DNA from: Azolla caroliniana
Taxonomy: Eukaryota > Plantae > Polypodiophyta
Length of the DNA stretch: 64,000 nucleotides
Direction of reading: 5' to 3'
NCBI GenBank assembly: GCA_043228905.1
Contig: JBHGNT010000014.1
Location: 11,842,001 to 11,906,000 of the forward strand
Position 1 is the stretch's first letter; every line of letters starts with the position of its first letter. A program made the position numbers and the translations under genes. Below the pieces are notes generated by a model. The model made no database searches. It had not been told where the DNA came from and saw only the letters and a program-made list of their open reading frames with translations. This document shows positions 50,001-61,200 of the stretch, piece after piece.

Positions 50001-52358
50001 ATCCGCTCGTATCGCTTTCAGCTTCTTGCCGGATTCCCTTTCCACTCTCGCGTGGAGTTCTTTGAAGACGCACAACACTTGGTCCTTTGTCTTCAGCGGT
50101 GCCGTCCACAGCTTCCGGCTGTGATCATCAATGAATGTTACGAAGTACTGGGCTCCGCCATGTGACTTCGTTTCTACCTGACACACATCAGTGTGCACCA
50201 ACTCCAATGGTGCGCTACGTCTCGTCGGTGGCCTTGAGTGGAAGGAGGTTCGGTTCTGCTTACCGGCCAGGCAATCGGTGCACTTCTCCAGGTGCACATG
50301 CTTCACTGGAATAAGGTTGTCTTCTGCAAGCCTCTTCATCCCCTTCTCACTCATGTGACACAGTCTTTTGTGCCACAGCTCACCGGCAGTGTCGGCTGCC
50401 ACATTTAGCTCTTCAGGACATAACCGGGCATTCATCAGGTACAGTGTGTTGTCTTTCCGGGCCCGAGCCACTATCAGGCTCCCCTTGCTGAACTTCATTA
50501 CGCCGTTCCGGATGCTACCTGTGTAGCCTTCATCGTCTAGCCTCCCGGCCGAAATCAGGTTCAATCGAACCTCCGGAACGTGTCGGACATCCTTCAGCAG
50601 CATTTTGCATCCGGTCGGGGTTGTCAACCACACGTCTCCTATGCCGGCAATCCGGCACGTACCTTCATTCCCCATCCGAACACAGCCATGCTCACCGGCT
50701 GTGTAGGATGAGAAGTATCTTCTCTCCGGGGTCAGGTGGAACGATGCTCCGGAATCGACCACCCAGGTCGTCTCATCGCCGGCAACGTTTAGCTCACCTT
50801 CTTCGGTGATGAGCATGATTTCTTCCTCACTTGCCGCGAGTGCCGTTGTTCCTTTCCGGTCCTGCCCTCGCCGATCCGAACCTCTCCGGTCCGTGGCTCC
50901 CCGGTATGCACCGTTTCTCTCCGGTGACTTCTTCGAGTCGGTGTCGTCGGCTCCGTTGTCTTTTCGGTAATGCCGACAATTCTTTCGGAAGTGCCCCGGC
51001 TTCCCACAGTGGAAGCATGTGGGTCTTCCTCTTGACTACGACCGGGTCCCCGACTTCTCCCGTCTTTGCGGACTCCGGTTCCATTGTCTTCCCCGATCCG
51101 ATTCGGTAAGCAGCGCCTTCGAGTCGGAGGCCGGTTCTTTATCTCTCCGACGCGCTTCTTCGTTCAAAATACTTGTCTTTACCGTTTGCAAGGACAAGTT
51201 ATCTTCTGTGCAGGAGGTGCTGAGAGTCACCACCAAGTTCTCCCAGCTTTCCGGCAATGTACACATCAGGATGATGGCTTGCATTGCATCCTCCAACGGG
51301 AACTTGATCGCCGCAAGCTGATTCACGAATCCCATGAACGTGCTTACGTGTTCCACCATACTCTCGCCGTCCCGGTACTTGAGATTCACTATCTTCCTCA
51401 TCAGGGAGGTCCGGTTCAACGCATTCTTCCTCTCATAGAGGCCCGACAGCTTCTTCCACATCTCATATGCGTTGGTGTCGTTCGCCACATGTTGTAGGAC
51501 GCTTACATCGACATATTGTCGGATCGTCGCTACGGCTTTCCGGTTCAGGAGCTTCCACTCCGACTCAAGTACCCCTTTCGGTATTTCCGACCTGTCAATC
51601 GGTTCGTACAGGTCCCGAACAATCAGAAGATCCTCCATCTTGATCTTCCAGTCGGCGTAATTCTGCGCATTCAGCACCATCATCCCCGGCTGCCCGCTGC
51701 CGCCGCCTTCCATTTTCTGCAGCAGTTCGCTCTGATACCAATTTGCAAGGAATAGACCCTTCTATTCACCTTCTTCCCTCGGCCACAACCGAGTAAGCGC
51801 GAATCGATGGAGCAGAAAATAGGAACCACACGGAGAAACAGAACGCGAGTACACAGGGATTAACGTGGAAAACCCTAGACGGGAAAAACCACGGGAGTAC
51901 AAGACTCCAAACCAACACTATACAGAGAAGTATACAATGGCGAGCTGCAAGGCGACGACCTTGAGCTCGCTGTCCTCGCCACAGGCGGCGGAAATACACA
52001 GAGGCGTCTACCTCTTCCTCACTCACGCTCTATCTCTCTCTCTCTCTCTATCACGGCTGCTCCCTCTTCACTCCTCTTGAGTGAAAAAAATAGAAAAATG
52101 ATGAGCAACAACAAAACAGTTTGCCCTAAGTCATATTTATACTTATATGACTTTGGGCTATTTACAACTGTAGCCTCAGGGGCCCATAGCGAACATATTC
52201 ACGGATATGTCCCTGCATCCGGATCGCTCTCCGGGTACATTCGTCATCCGGTACCGAAACCGGGGTCTTCGTCATCCGGATCCGAAACCGAAACCGGGCT
52301 CGTCGGCATTCATCTCCGACATCCGACCATCCCATCCGAAGGGACCGTAATCCCAACA
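47012..52358 (-). mobile_element. Element H: very young full-length Ty1/copia (Tnt1-like)
   Basis: 615-bp LTRs 47012-47626 and 51744-52358 (one mismatch seen); TSD TACCG; PBS-Met 51729-51740; PPT GAAGGGGGAG. Confidence 0.97.
47637..51713 (-). pseudogene. gag-pol: copia H gag-pol polyprotein, single frame with two internal stops
   Basis: ORFs 51036-51713, 49554-50816 and 47637-49541 share one frame; WVVDSGASFH, FIDDHSR, QMDVKTAFLHG, LYVDDML, YCDSQSAI. Confidence 0.95.
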
Positions 52359-55300
52359 TACCGGACACTTTCCTGTCCAGTTTACGAGAGCCTCTCCGAA
52401 CGACTCTCGCACTTACAAATTTCGCCAACCATACTATCGAACAAGTCATAGCGCAGGTTCTCGCACTCGATCGGACCCAGCACGACGCGGCCTTGTCGAT
52501 GACATCCTTACAAAACACTCTTCCCCAAGAGGACAATCGATTTCACCAAGCTCTCCAATGCACGGCGTGTTCAGGATCAGGGCACCTGGCCCTCGAATGT
52601 CCCCACCAACCACAATGTCCGATCTGTCAGTCTCGAGCTCACACTGTCGAGCAATGCGAATATAATATGCTGAACCGCACAACGGCGGCACCGGTCCGCC
52701 AGATCGAGCCACGAAATACATACTCTTGATAGGACGAGCGATATGTCTACCGAGACCAGGATAACGACCGACCGCGATCCCCGGGTCGACGACGCTGAGA
52801 CGACGACTACGGACGTGATGACCGCCGTGATCGCTATCACGATGACCGGCACGGTGATTATGCTCGATATGATGACGATCGTGATGACTGGTATGACAGA
52901 CGGAACTCACGCATTGATCGGCTAAACGGCAACCGTAACACATGCAACAATAGAAGACCTAACGACAACCGCCGACGGGACGCTCCTCAAAATGACCAAC
53001 GCAACTCCAACGCACCTCGGAACAACCCACCACCAAACAAGACTGAGAATCAACAACAACAGCTTCCACACACAGACTGAGCGGACACCAGCAGCTCGGC
53101 CAACGTTACATGTTTTAAATGTAACCAACCAGGCCACTACACCATGCAATGTCCAACAACCGACCGTGGCAAGGCACCCGCGGTGAACAGTATCATGGCC
53201 GATGTTTAAACCGTCACTACCCGGAGTAAAGCGTAGACTACATAGTGGCAAATCCAGGATGAAGTCCGTCAGGCAGCAAAAGAATGGATCGACACAGCCA
53301 ATAAAAATAATGTCGTGCGCATGCAAACTGACATGAGAGACGGGCCCAGTGAAGCATCACAAACCTCGGTACCATCCACGTTGTCGGAGGACGACCAGTT
53401 ATGGGATGTTCTTACCAACTCCTGCATCTCACTGCCCCTACATAAACTGTTACCACTCATGCCAAGATTTCGGGACACCCTGGCGGCACTCCAGGCCAAT
53501 ACTAAGCCCGTGACGCCACCGGTACACCTCACCGAAGCAGGAACCGGTCCACCACTCATGGATTCTCAGAACCCAACTGTGCAAATCATCATTAAGGGAC
53601 AAGACCTGCACGGATGCATCATCGACGGCGGATCTGGCGTAAACGTTATTAGCGAGTCAACGTGTCACAACCTCGGCCTGAATCAATGGGAACCATGCCC
53701 CTTTTGGCTTCGGGTGGCCGACACCCGCTCCATTCGCCCCATTGGTTTAATCCGCCATCTCGACTTCACACTCGAAGGCCACATGTTCACGATCTCGGCC
53801 GTCGTGCTAAGACTAGAGACACAAGGCGCCTACCCAATATTACTAGGTCGACCATGGTTGCGTACAACGAATATCAAGCAACATTGGCAACGCAACATGA
53901 TCTCGTTCCGAAGAGGCAAGACAAAAGTCCGAATCATCACTGAAGAACGAGTCCCCGTCGCTCTCAACACTTCGCCGTTATACGCGGAAGGGGTCCATAT
54001 GCTTGACGGTTTGGCCGATGAGGAGGTCGATGAATTCCTAGATGATCATCCCACGATCATCCCTCTCTTCAAAATCAATGCCTTACGAACCATTGAGCCA
54101 CCTAAAGACGAGGAAGTCACGAAGGAATCACCACCCCAAGATGAACCAGATCCAACCACAGTTGCCGAGCTACGCCATGCTCGGGAGGCTTTCGAACGCG
54201 AACTCACCATTTCACAACGAGTCAAAGCATCAACCCTGGAAACAATAAACCTCGGCTCGGACGAGAATCCTCGTACGTTACAAATTGCCAATAATCTACC
54301 AACCGGAGAACGGGCATGCCTCGTACGATTGCTCACCGACTACCAAGATGTTTTCGCTTGGTCTTACACCGATATGAAGGGGCTGGATCCTCAATACTAC
54401 CAACATCAAATTCACATCTTACTCGACACTCGGCCGGTTCAGCAGAGGCTCTACAGGATGAACCCCAACTACGCCACTAAAGTCAAAGAGGAAATCGACA
54501 AACTACTCCGAGTGGGCTTCATTCGCCTTGTTAAACGGGCCACGTGGTTGAGCCCGATCGTAGTGGTCCCAAAGAAGAACGGAAAAATACGCGTCTGTGT
54601 TGACTATCGGAAGCTTAACGCGGCAACAGTCACTGACGGTTTCCCTCTCCCATTCACGGACAGCGTCCTCGACACGGTAGCCGGCCACGAATGCTACAGT
54701 TTCCTCGACGGGTTTAGCGGCTATAACCAGATAAGAATGCACCCGGAGGATCAGGAGAAAACCACTTTCGTCATGGAATGGGGTGGTGTTTTTGTAGCAG
54801 AAGTAATGATGTTCGGTCTAAAAACGGCGCCGGCTACGTTCCAGCGCATCATCACCGAAATCTTTCATGACTACATCCCGGCGTTCATGCAAGTCTTTCT
54901 CGACGATTTCGCCGTGTATGGCCATTGACGGGAACACATGACCCAGTTACGACTCTGCCTGGACCGATGTCGCCAAGCTCGATTGAGCTTAAACCCGGCG
55001 AAATGCGCATTCTTAGTCACCAACGGCAACCTTCTTGGCCACATTGTCAGTCAAGAAGGCATCGCTATGGACTCGGATAAAGTAAAGGCAATCCTGACCG
55101 CCACCGTACCCTCGAATGCTAAGGCACTAAGCCGATTTTTGGGATAGATCCGGTGGCACAGCCGAATGATACGACACCTAGCCGATTTCGCGACACCTTT
55201 GCACGTGGCAGTCCATTGCCTTCCCTTCTAATGGACGTCAATCGAGGACACGGCCTATCAGACCTTGAAACTAATGCTGTCACATGCCTCGGTGGTCCAG

Positions 55301-56103
55301 TCTCAAGTTTGGTCCGAACCGTTTCATGTCTTCGTAGATGCTTCGGACATCGCCATCGGAAGTGCCCTGATGCAATGCACACCCCCGAATTGGTATAGGC
55401 CCGTTGTCGTGAAGAAAACCGCCCACAAGAGGAATCGGAGGAACAAGGCGTGGGAAACGGCTCTACACACACACGCGCGCCAAGAAGTACCTAAGGACGA
55501 AGTAGGTACATACGAGGATCCTAGGTGGGTAGATTCGGTTGGTATGCAGTTAATGCCAAACGGCCTCTTGACGGGCTATAAAAAGGAAGAGGAAGACTAG
55601 AAGTGGGGTATCTCGCGCGGAGAGGACGAAGTGCTGCCGAACCGATTTCGGAGCTTCTCTCTCACTCCTGCCTTCTCTGTCTTCTGCTCCATCGCGTACC
55701 TGTGCAGGTTTCGAGGAGGCTTGCGCTGTTCCGTGGAACGCCCCGAGCGCGTCCTGCAGCACCTCCGACCTGTTTTCCCTTTCTGTGCGTCGCGACATAC
55801 AGGGGTCGGCATCTGTTCGCCGCCCTGTTCGTTTTCGTTAGTATCTATTTCGTGCCCCACCGTGGGTTGTAATACTTTAGTCTGTTATTTTCTTGCATTC
55901 ATAAGTACATATCTTTCGTTGTTGCGTCCATCTGCGTTGGCGTTTATTTGTGATCTCTGTTTGTTGGGCCGTGTCCCTATGCAATCTTCGGTTCTGTGTA
56001 ATCGGGTCTCTCTCTCTTACTCCTCTTTCTCTTGCTCTTCGGTCCAAGACCCCCGTGGTCCCTCCTCCTTTCTGCACGCAAGGGCGTAGCAACCCCGACA
56101 TCT

Positions 56104-56120
56104 TGGTGAACCCGACGTGA
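56104..56120 (+). promoter_or_regulatory. PBS, tRNA-Trp (element I)
   Basis: TGGTGAACCCGACGTGA, 3 nt after the LTR. Confidence 0.9.
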
Positions 56121-56143
56121 AGGAGGCGGCAGAAGAGTAGGAA

Positions 56144-58270
56144 ATGAAGGGGGCGGATCTTGCAGAGGCCATGGCTTCGGCCGTGGATCGGATAGTAAGC
56201 GCGCGCGAGGGCACCGGCGCCCTCGATAGAGCTATTGAGGCGGTCGTCGGAACGATCGGTCGATTCACCGGAAAAGATGCCACGAAGTACCTGGTGTCCT
56301 ACGGTGCGGAAATGTTAATGCGGGACATTCCGGAAGACATGCGTCTTGCCGGTTTTCCCCGAGTGGCGATGCCGAGCATCCACGCGGAGGTGCTCGAGGT
56401 GCGGGCGGAGAGCCGTACCTGGGAGGAGTTCGAAGGTCGGCTCCTGGAAAAATACGGACTGGACGACGCGCTCCGGCTTTCGAAGCGAAGCTTCATGGAG
56501 TGGGTGGAGTCTCCCGGGAAAGGAAGGAATGCGTCGGCACTCCTCCGGGAGTTCGAGGAGAACTTCGCGCGCCTTTCGGCGCTTGACAGGATGGTCCTGG
56601 ATACAAGCCGGGTCCTGCTGTTCGTCAAATCGGTTGACGAGAGGGATCGGAGTCACGTGGGCGCCCTGCTAGAAACCGAAGACGGGCTGACAGCCGACTG
56701 GGCGGCGGTCAAGAGAGCCTGCGGCCGTTTCGACAAACGGCGAGAATGGGAGGATGACAGAGCAACCGGGTCGGGCTCAGTCGCGGCGAGGAAACTCGAG
56801 CCGGCGCAGCCGGTGCGAAGGGAAGAGACTCGGGAGTGGCTGGAATCCGGTTCAGCTCCGACCGGCGTGATCAGAGGCACGACTGGAGGAGCTGCGTTGG
56901 AGGAACTGACGAGGGCGATAAAAGACCTCCAAATCGCACAAGCCCGCAGAGAAGGCGGAGGACCTGCTCGTGACCGACGGCCGGCGGCAGGGAACAGGTG
57001 CATGTGGTGCGACGGGGTCGGCCACATCCGAAAAGACTGCGGCGATTTCGCAGAGGCGCTGAAGAACCGGGTGGTATACCTATGGGAAGGCCGGGTTCAC
57101 GCCAACGACACGAGAAGGGCCCTAAACCGAAACGACGGGCGAGGCGGAATGAAGAGGTTGATGGAAGAGGCGGCGGCCCGACATGCGGAAACCGTCCACT
57201 ACTCGGCGTCGGCCGGTATTCGAGTCGGGGGCAACGAGGCCCGAAGAGGAAGCAAAGCCGGATTCTGGCCGACGGTGCTGGAAGGCCTTGCCGATACGAG
57301 GATGAAGAGGGAGGAATCGGACCGTGCGGAGAAACGGGTACGGGAGATGACCGGGTGGAGCGACCCGGTCGAGGAAAAGACGGGCTTCGTGGAAGCCGCT
57401 TGCCGGAACTACGAGGCTCTGGTAGAAGAGAAGCGGGTGGGGAAACCCGGGACGACCGGGCCCTCACAACGATACGAGACCCGGTCCGGGCCACGACGGG
57501 ACGAAGCCGGCGGGGCCGGTACGCAAGATAAACCCCAGAAGGGCGGGTACCGTCTGGGGACGGAGATAGAAAGAACCACGGACTTACGAAAGGTCCTGGA
57601 GGAACGGATCCTCGACAGCAAGGTGGAGCTGTCGCTACGGGAGGTGCTGGGAATCGCCAAGAAGGAGTTCCACGACTCCATCGTGGACTTGGTGAAACGG
57701 AAGAGGCTGTCAACGGAGACAGAACCGGAAAGACCGGTGGAAGTGCGGACGACGCACCTAGACGACATGGCGCTGGGAGACGAGTGGGCGGAAAGCCACT
57801 ATTCGAGACCGCACTGGGCCCGAGCGACCACGGAAACCCCGGTGAAGATCGGCGATGTCCAGGAACCGGTGATAGCTTTGGTAGACCACGGATCGGAGAT
57901 CAATTTGATGTCCATGGACTTCTATAAGAAGGGCAAATGGCCGATCAACACCAAGCACGGGTGGAAAATAAGGGCAGCAACGCGCGCCACCGAGGAACTG
58001 CACGGGGCCTGTCCGAATGTGCGAGTCAAGATCGGCGACGTCGAGATTGACCAGCACTTCTTCGTGCAGGAGACGTCCTCGCATCCGGTCATACTGGGAG
58101 AGCCGTACATCACGGCGGCGCGAATGGAGACCAAGGTGCTGGACAATGGTTCGGCCTATGCGCGGGTCAAGAGCCAGGACGGGCGCCATTCGGTCCAGTT
58201 TTTGACGGTTAGGCCGAACCACGAGCGTAACCGCGACTCCCTCGGTTCCGATAACCGAGAGGATTTTTAG
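56144..58270 (+). CDS. gag: Gag-protease polyprotein of element I
   Basis: 708 aa; CCHC knuckle CMWCDGVGHIRKDC; aspartic protease-like ALVDHGSEINLM...VILGEPY. Confidence 0.92.
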   Translation: MKGADLAEAMASAVDRIVSAREGTGALDRAIEAVVGTIGRFTGKDATKYLVSYGAEMLMRDIPEDMRLAGFPRVAMPSIHAEVLEVRAESRTWEEFEGRLLEKYGLDDALRLSKRSFMEWVESPGKGRNASALLREFEENFARLSALDRMVLDTSRVLLFVKSVDERDRSHVGALLETEDGLTADWAAVKRACGRFDKRREWEDDRATGSGSVAARKLEPAQPVRREETREWLESGSAPTGVIRGTTGGAALEELTRAIKDLQIAQARREGGGPARDRRPAAGNRCMWCDGVGHIRKDCGDFAEALKNRVVYLWEGRVHANDTRRALNRNDGRGGMKRLMEEAAARHAETVHYSASAGIRVGGNEARRGSKAGFWPTVLEGLADTRMKREESDRAEKRVREMTGWSDPVEEKTGFVEAACRNYEALVEEKRVGKPGTTGPSQRYETRSGPRRDEAGGAGTQDKPQKGGYRLGTEIERTTDLRKVLEERILDSKVELSLREVLGIAKKEFHDSIVDLVKRKRLSTETEPERPVEVRTTHLDDMALGDEWAESHYSRPHWARATTETPVKIGDVQEPVIALVDHGSEINLMSMDFYKKGKWPINTKHGWKIRAATRATEELHGACPNVRVKIGDVEIDQHFFVQETSSHPVILGEPYITAARMETKVLDNGSAYARVKSQDGRHSVQFLTVRPNHERNRDSLGSDNREDF

Positions 58271-61200
58271 AGAGGGCTGCCAAGGCGTGGGGCCGCGACA
58301 GTCCGGACACCCCGGGAAAACCCCACACCTGTACGATAAAACCGAAGAAACCTTGTACCATAGGTAGGGAATTTTTGTTCTCCGACAGCGGAGCGTGTAC
58401 GATAGTCGGCATCGGCGGCCGAGAGAAGACAAAGGCGGAGGGGAGACTTCGAGCGTGCGGAGTTCTCGGCCCTGACGAGGAAATCAACGGAGCCGTGGAG
58501 GCGGTCTCATTCGACGACACCTTGGGAATGCTGGGAAGGGTAGTCGAAGAAGGCCTTAACGAAGACCGGACGATACCGGTGTGTTCCGAGGAGATGTACG
58601 AAGTCATCGCGGACTTCGGTCGAGGGCTCGAGTCAGTTCGGACGGCCCACGTAAGCACCAAGTACAAGACTGTGGACCGGAAGGTAAGGCCAGTCGCGGC
58701 ACCCTTACCGGAGGACAGCGCGTCGAGAATCAAAGGGGTTGCATCGGACCCTAGTCTACGAGATCCGGCCTGCATAGGACACACCTTCACCGACGAGACG
58801 CTCCGAGAGCTCAAAATCGGTGGGGGCGGGTTCCTACTGCCGGCGGAGGAAGACCGGTTTCGGAGAATGCTCGGAAGGCACGGGAAAGCCTTCGCATTCT
58901 CGCCGGAGGAAATCGGGTGCGTTGACCCGACGATCGTGGAGCCGATGGTGATATTCACGGTACCGCATGTACCATGGAATCTCAAGCCAATCCCAGTTCC
59001 GAGAGCTCACATCCCGAAGTTGATGGAGCTGCTGAGGCAGAAAGTTGATATGGGAATTCTCGAGCCGTCGAGCGCCCCATATTCAAATCGATGGTTTACC
59101 GTACCGAAGAAAAACGGTTCGTTGCGCTTCATCCAGGACCTGCAGCCGGTCAATCGAGTGACCATTCAGAACGCAGGGATCGGACCGACCATAGACGAGT
59201 TCGCGGAGGCCTTCGCCGGAAGGTCAATTTACTCGGTCGGGGATCTATACTCAGGGTACGACCAGTTCCAGCTAGCCGTGGAGAGCAGAGACATTACGAC
59301 GATGCGAACTCCCCTCGGCCTAGTTCGGATGTGTACACTGCCGCAAAGAGGGACCAACTCGGTGGCCCACATGGTGAATGCGATGAACAAGGTTCTGAGG
59401 GACTGTATCCCGGACATCACCATGCCGTTTCTGGACGACATCCCGATCAAGGGATGCCCGGTGGAAGAAAAGGACGAGACGATCGGGCTGGACGGATGCC
59501 GGCGATTCGTGGCAACGCACATCGACGACTGCGAGAAGGTGCTGCAAAGGCTAGAGGATGCGAGACTCACCTTCTCCGGGGAGAAGTCGGCCTTCGGGCA
59601 GTCAGAAATCATGGTGGTCGGACACCTGTGCGGACCATATGGCCGGAAACCGTCTCCGGCAAAGGTAGAAGCCATCTCCGCGATGAAGCCCGACTGCAGC
59701 TCGGTCACGGAAGTACGGAGATTCCTGGGGGCATGTGCGTTCTACCACATATGGATCCCGCATTACGCACACGTCGCGGAGCCACTGTACGGGTTGCTGA
59801 AAAAGGGGCGAAGGTTCGAATGGCTAGACGAGCACGCGGGATCGGTCCGGAAGCTGAAAGAGGCCCTTGCAGCGGCACCGGCACTCCGGAAGGCGGTATA
59901 CGGGAAGGGTACCCCGGTATTCATAACGGTGGATACCAGTCCGACCGGGATCGGATGGGTCGTGAACCAGGAAGACGAGGACGGCAATCGGTTTCCGATC
60001 CGATTCGGCGCGAAAGTCCTCAGTGAACGGCAGCAAGGATACGCCCAGGTTAAACGCGAACTCTGGGGTATTGTTTCGGCGGTTAAGGCCGACAAAGACT
60101 ACCTGATAGGGACAGAAGTGATCATCGAGACGGATTGCCTGCCGATTCTCGGTATGGTTTCCGGATGCGCGACTCCGGACCTGGCGATGCTCAGGTGGAT
60201 AGCGTACATCAAGTCCCTGGACCCGGAAATACGACACATTTCCGGGAAAGACAACGCCATGGCCGACATGCTTTCGAGGGCGAGGTTCGACGACGAGGGC
60301 GGCATGGTTTCGGAAGACGAAGAAGTCGGCGTGGATTTCTTCGAGGCGGCATACATAACGACCGACGGGATGAGCACTCCGGCGCTTAACGAGTTCGACG
60401 CGAGCAAGTACGACGGGGAGTGGCTGCAGATCGGCGGGTTTTTGAAGACAATGACGCCCGATGCGTCATGGACGAAGGACGAGGCCAACCGGATCCGGAA
60501 GAAAGCATATCGATTCTTTCTCCGAGATGGGCATTTGTGGAAGCACCCGAAGAAGAGGAACGGCGTCCCGCTCCGGGTGGTGGCGATGAAGGAAGAACAG
60601 GAGGAGCTACTGGAGGCCTACCACGACAGCCCTTGGGCTGGACACCGTGGAACGTGGGCGACATTTGAGAAGCTGAAGGGGAAGTACTGGTGGCCGGGAT
60701 TGTACCGGGACGTGCATCGGTTCGTGTCAACTTGCGAGAGTTGTCAGATGCACTCGATAGTCCGACACCGGGACGGGCTTCGCCCTACGTACCCTCCGAC
60801 TATCCACTTCAAATGGATGGTAGATCTGGTGACGATGCCGATGGGGGTAGGACAGATGCGGTATCTGGTCCTAGCGCGGGAAGACCTGACGAACCAGGTG
60901 GAAGGCCGAGCCCTTCAGAACAAGACGACCGCGGCCGTGTGTCGGTTCCTGATCGAGGACGTGATATGCCGGTACGGGTGCGTCGGGAAGATCGTGGCTG
61001 ACCGAGGGGAGTTGGACGCCGAGGAAGCCGCGGAGCTGTTCGATCGGCTGGGAGTCAAACTCTCGCTCACCACTGCGTACAACCCGGAGGCGAATGGAAA
61101 GGTGGAGCGCGGACACGGGCCGATCGTTAAAGCGCTGGTTCGGGCATGCGGAGGCCAAGTCGGTAACTGGCCGCGACTTCTACCTTATGCTTTGTGGGCC

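Noticed and set aside
51030-51040. TAG in copia H as programmed readthrough
   Set aside because: Lies before the zinc knuckle, lacks a CARYYA context, and a second stop sits in a conserved motif; mutation is simpler.
56871-60026. Long alternative-frame and antisense ORFs (280, 224, 258, 311 aa) in element I
   Set aside because: Expected shadows of GC-rich gag/pol coding sequence; low-complexity R/P/S translations.
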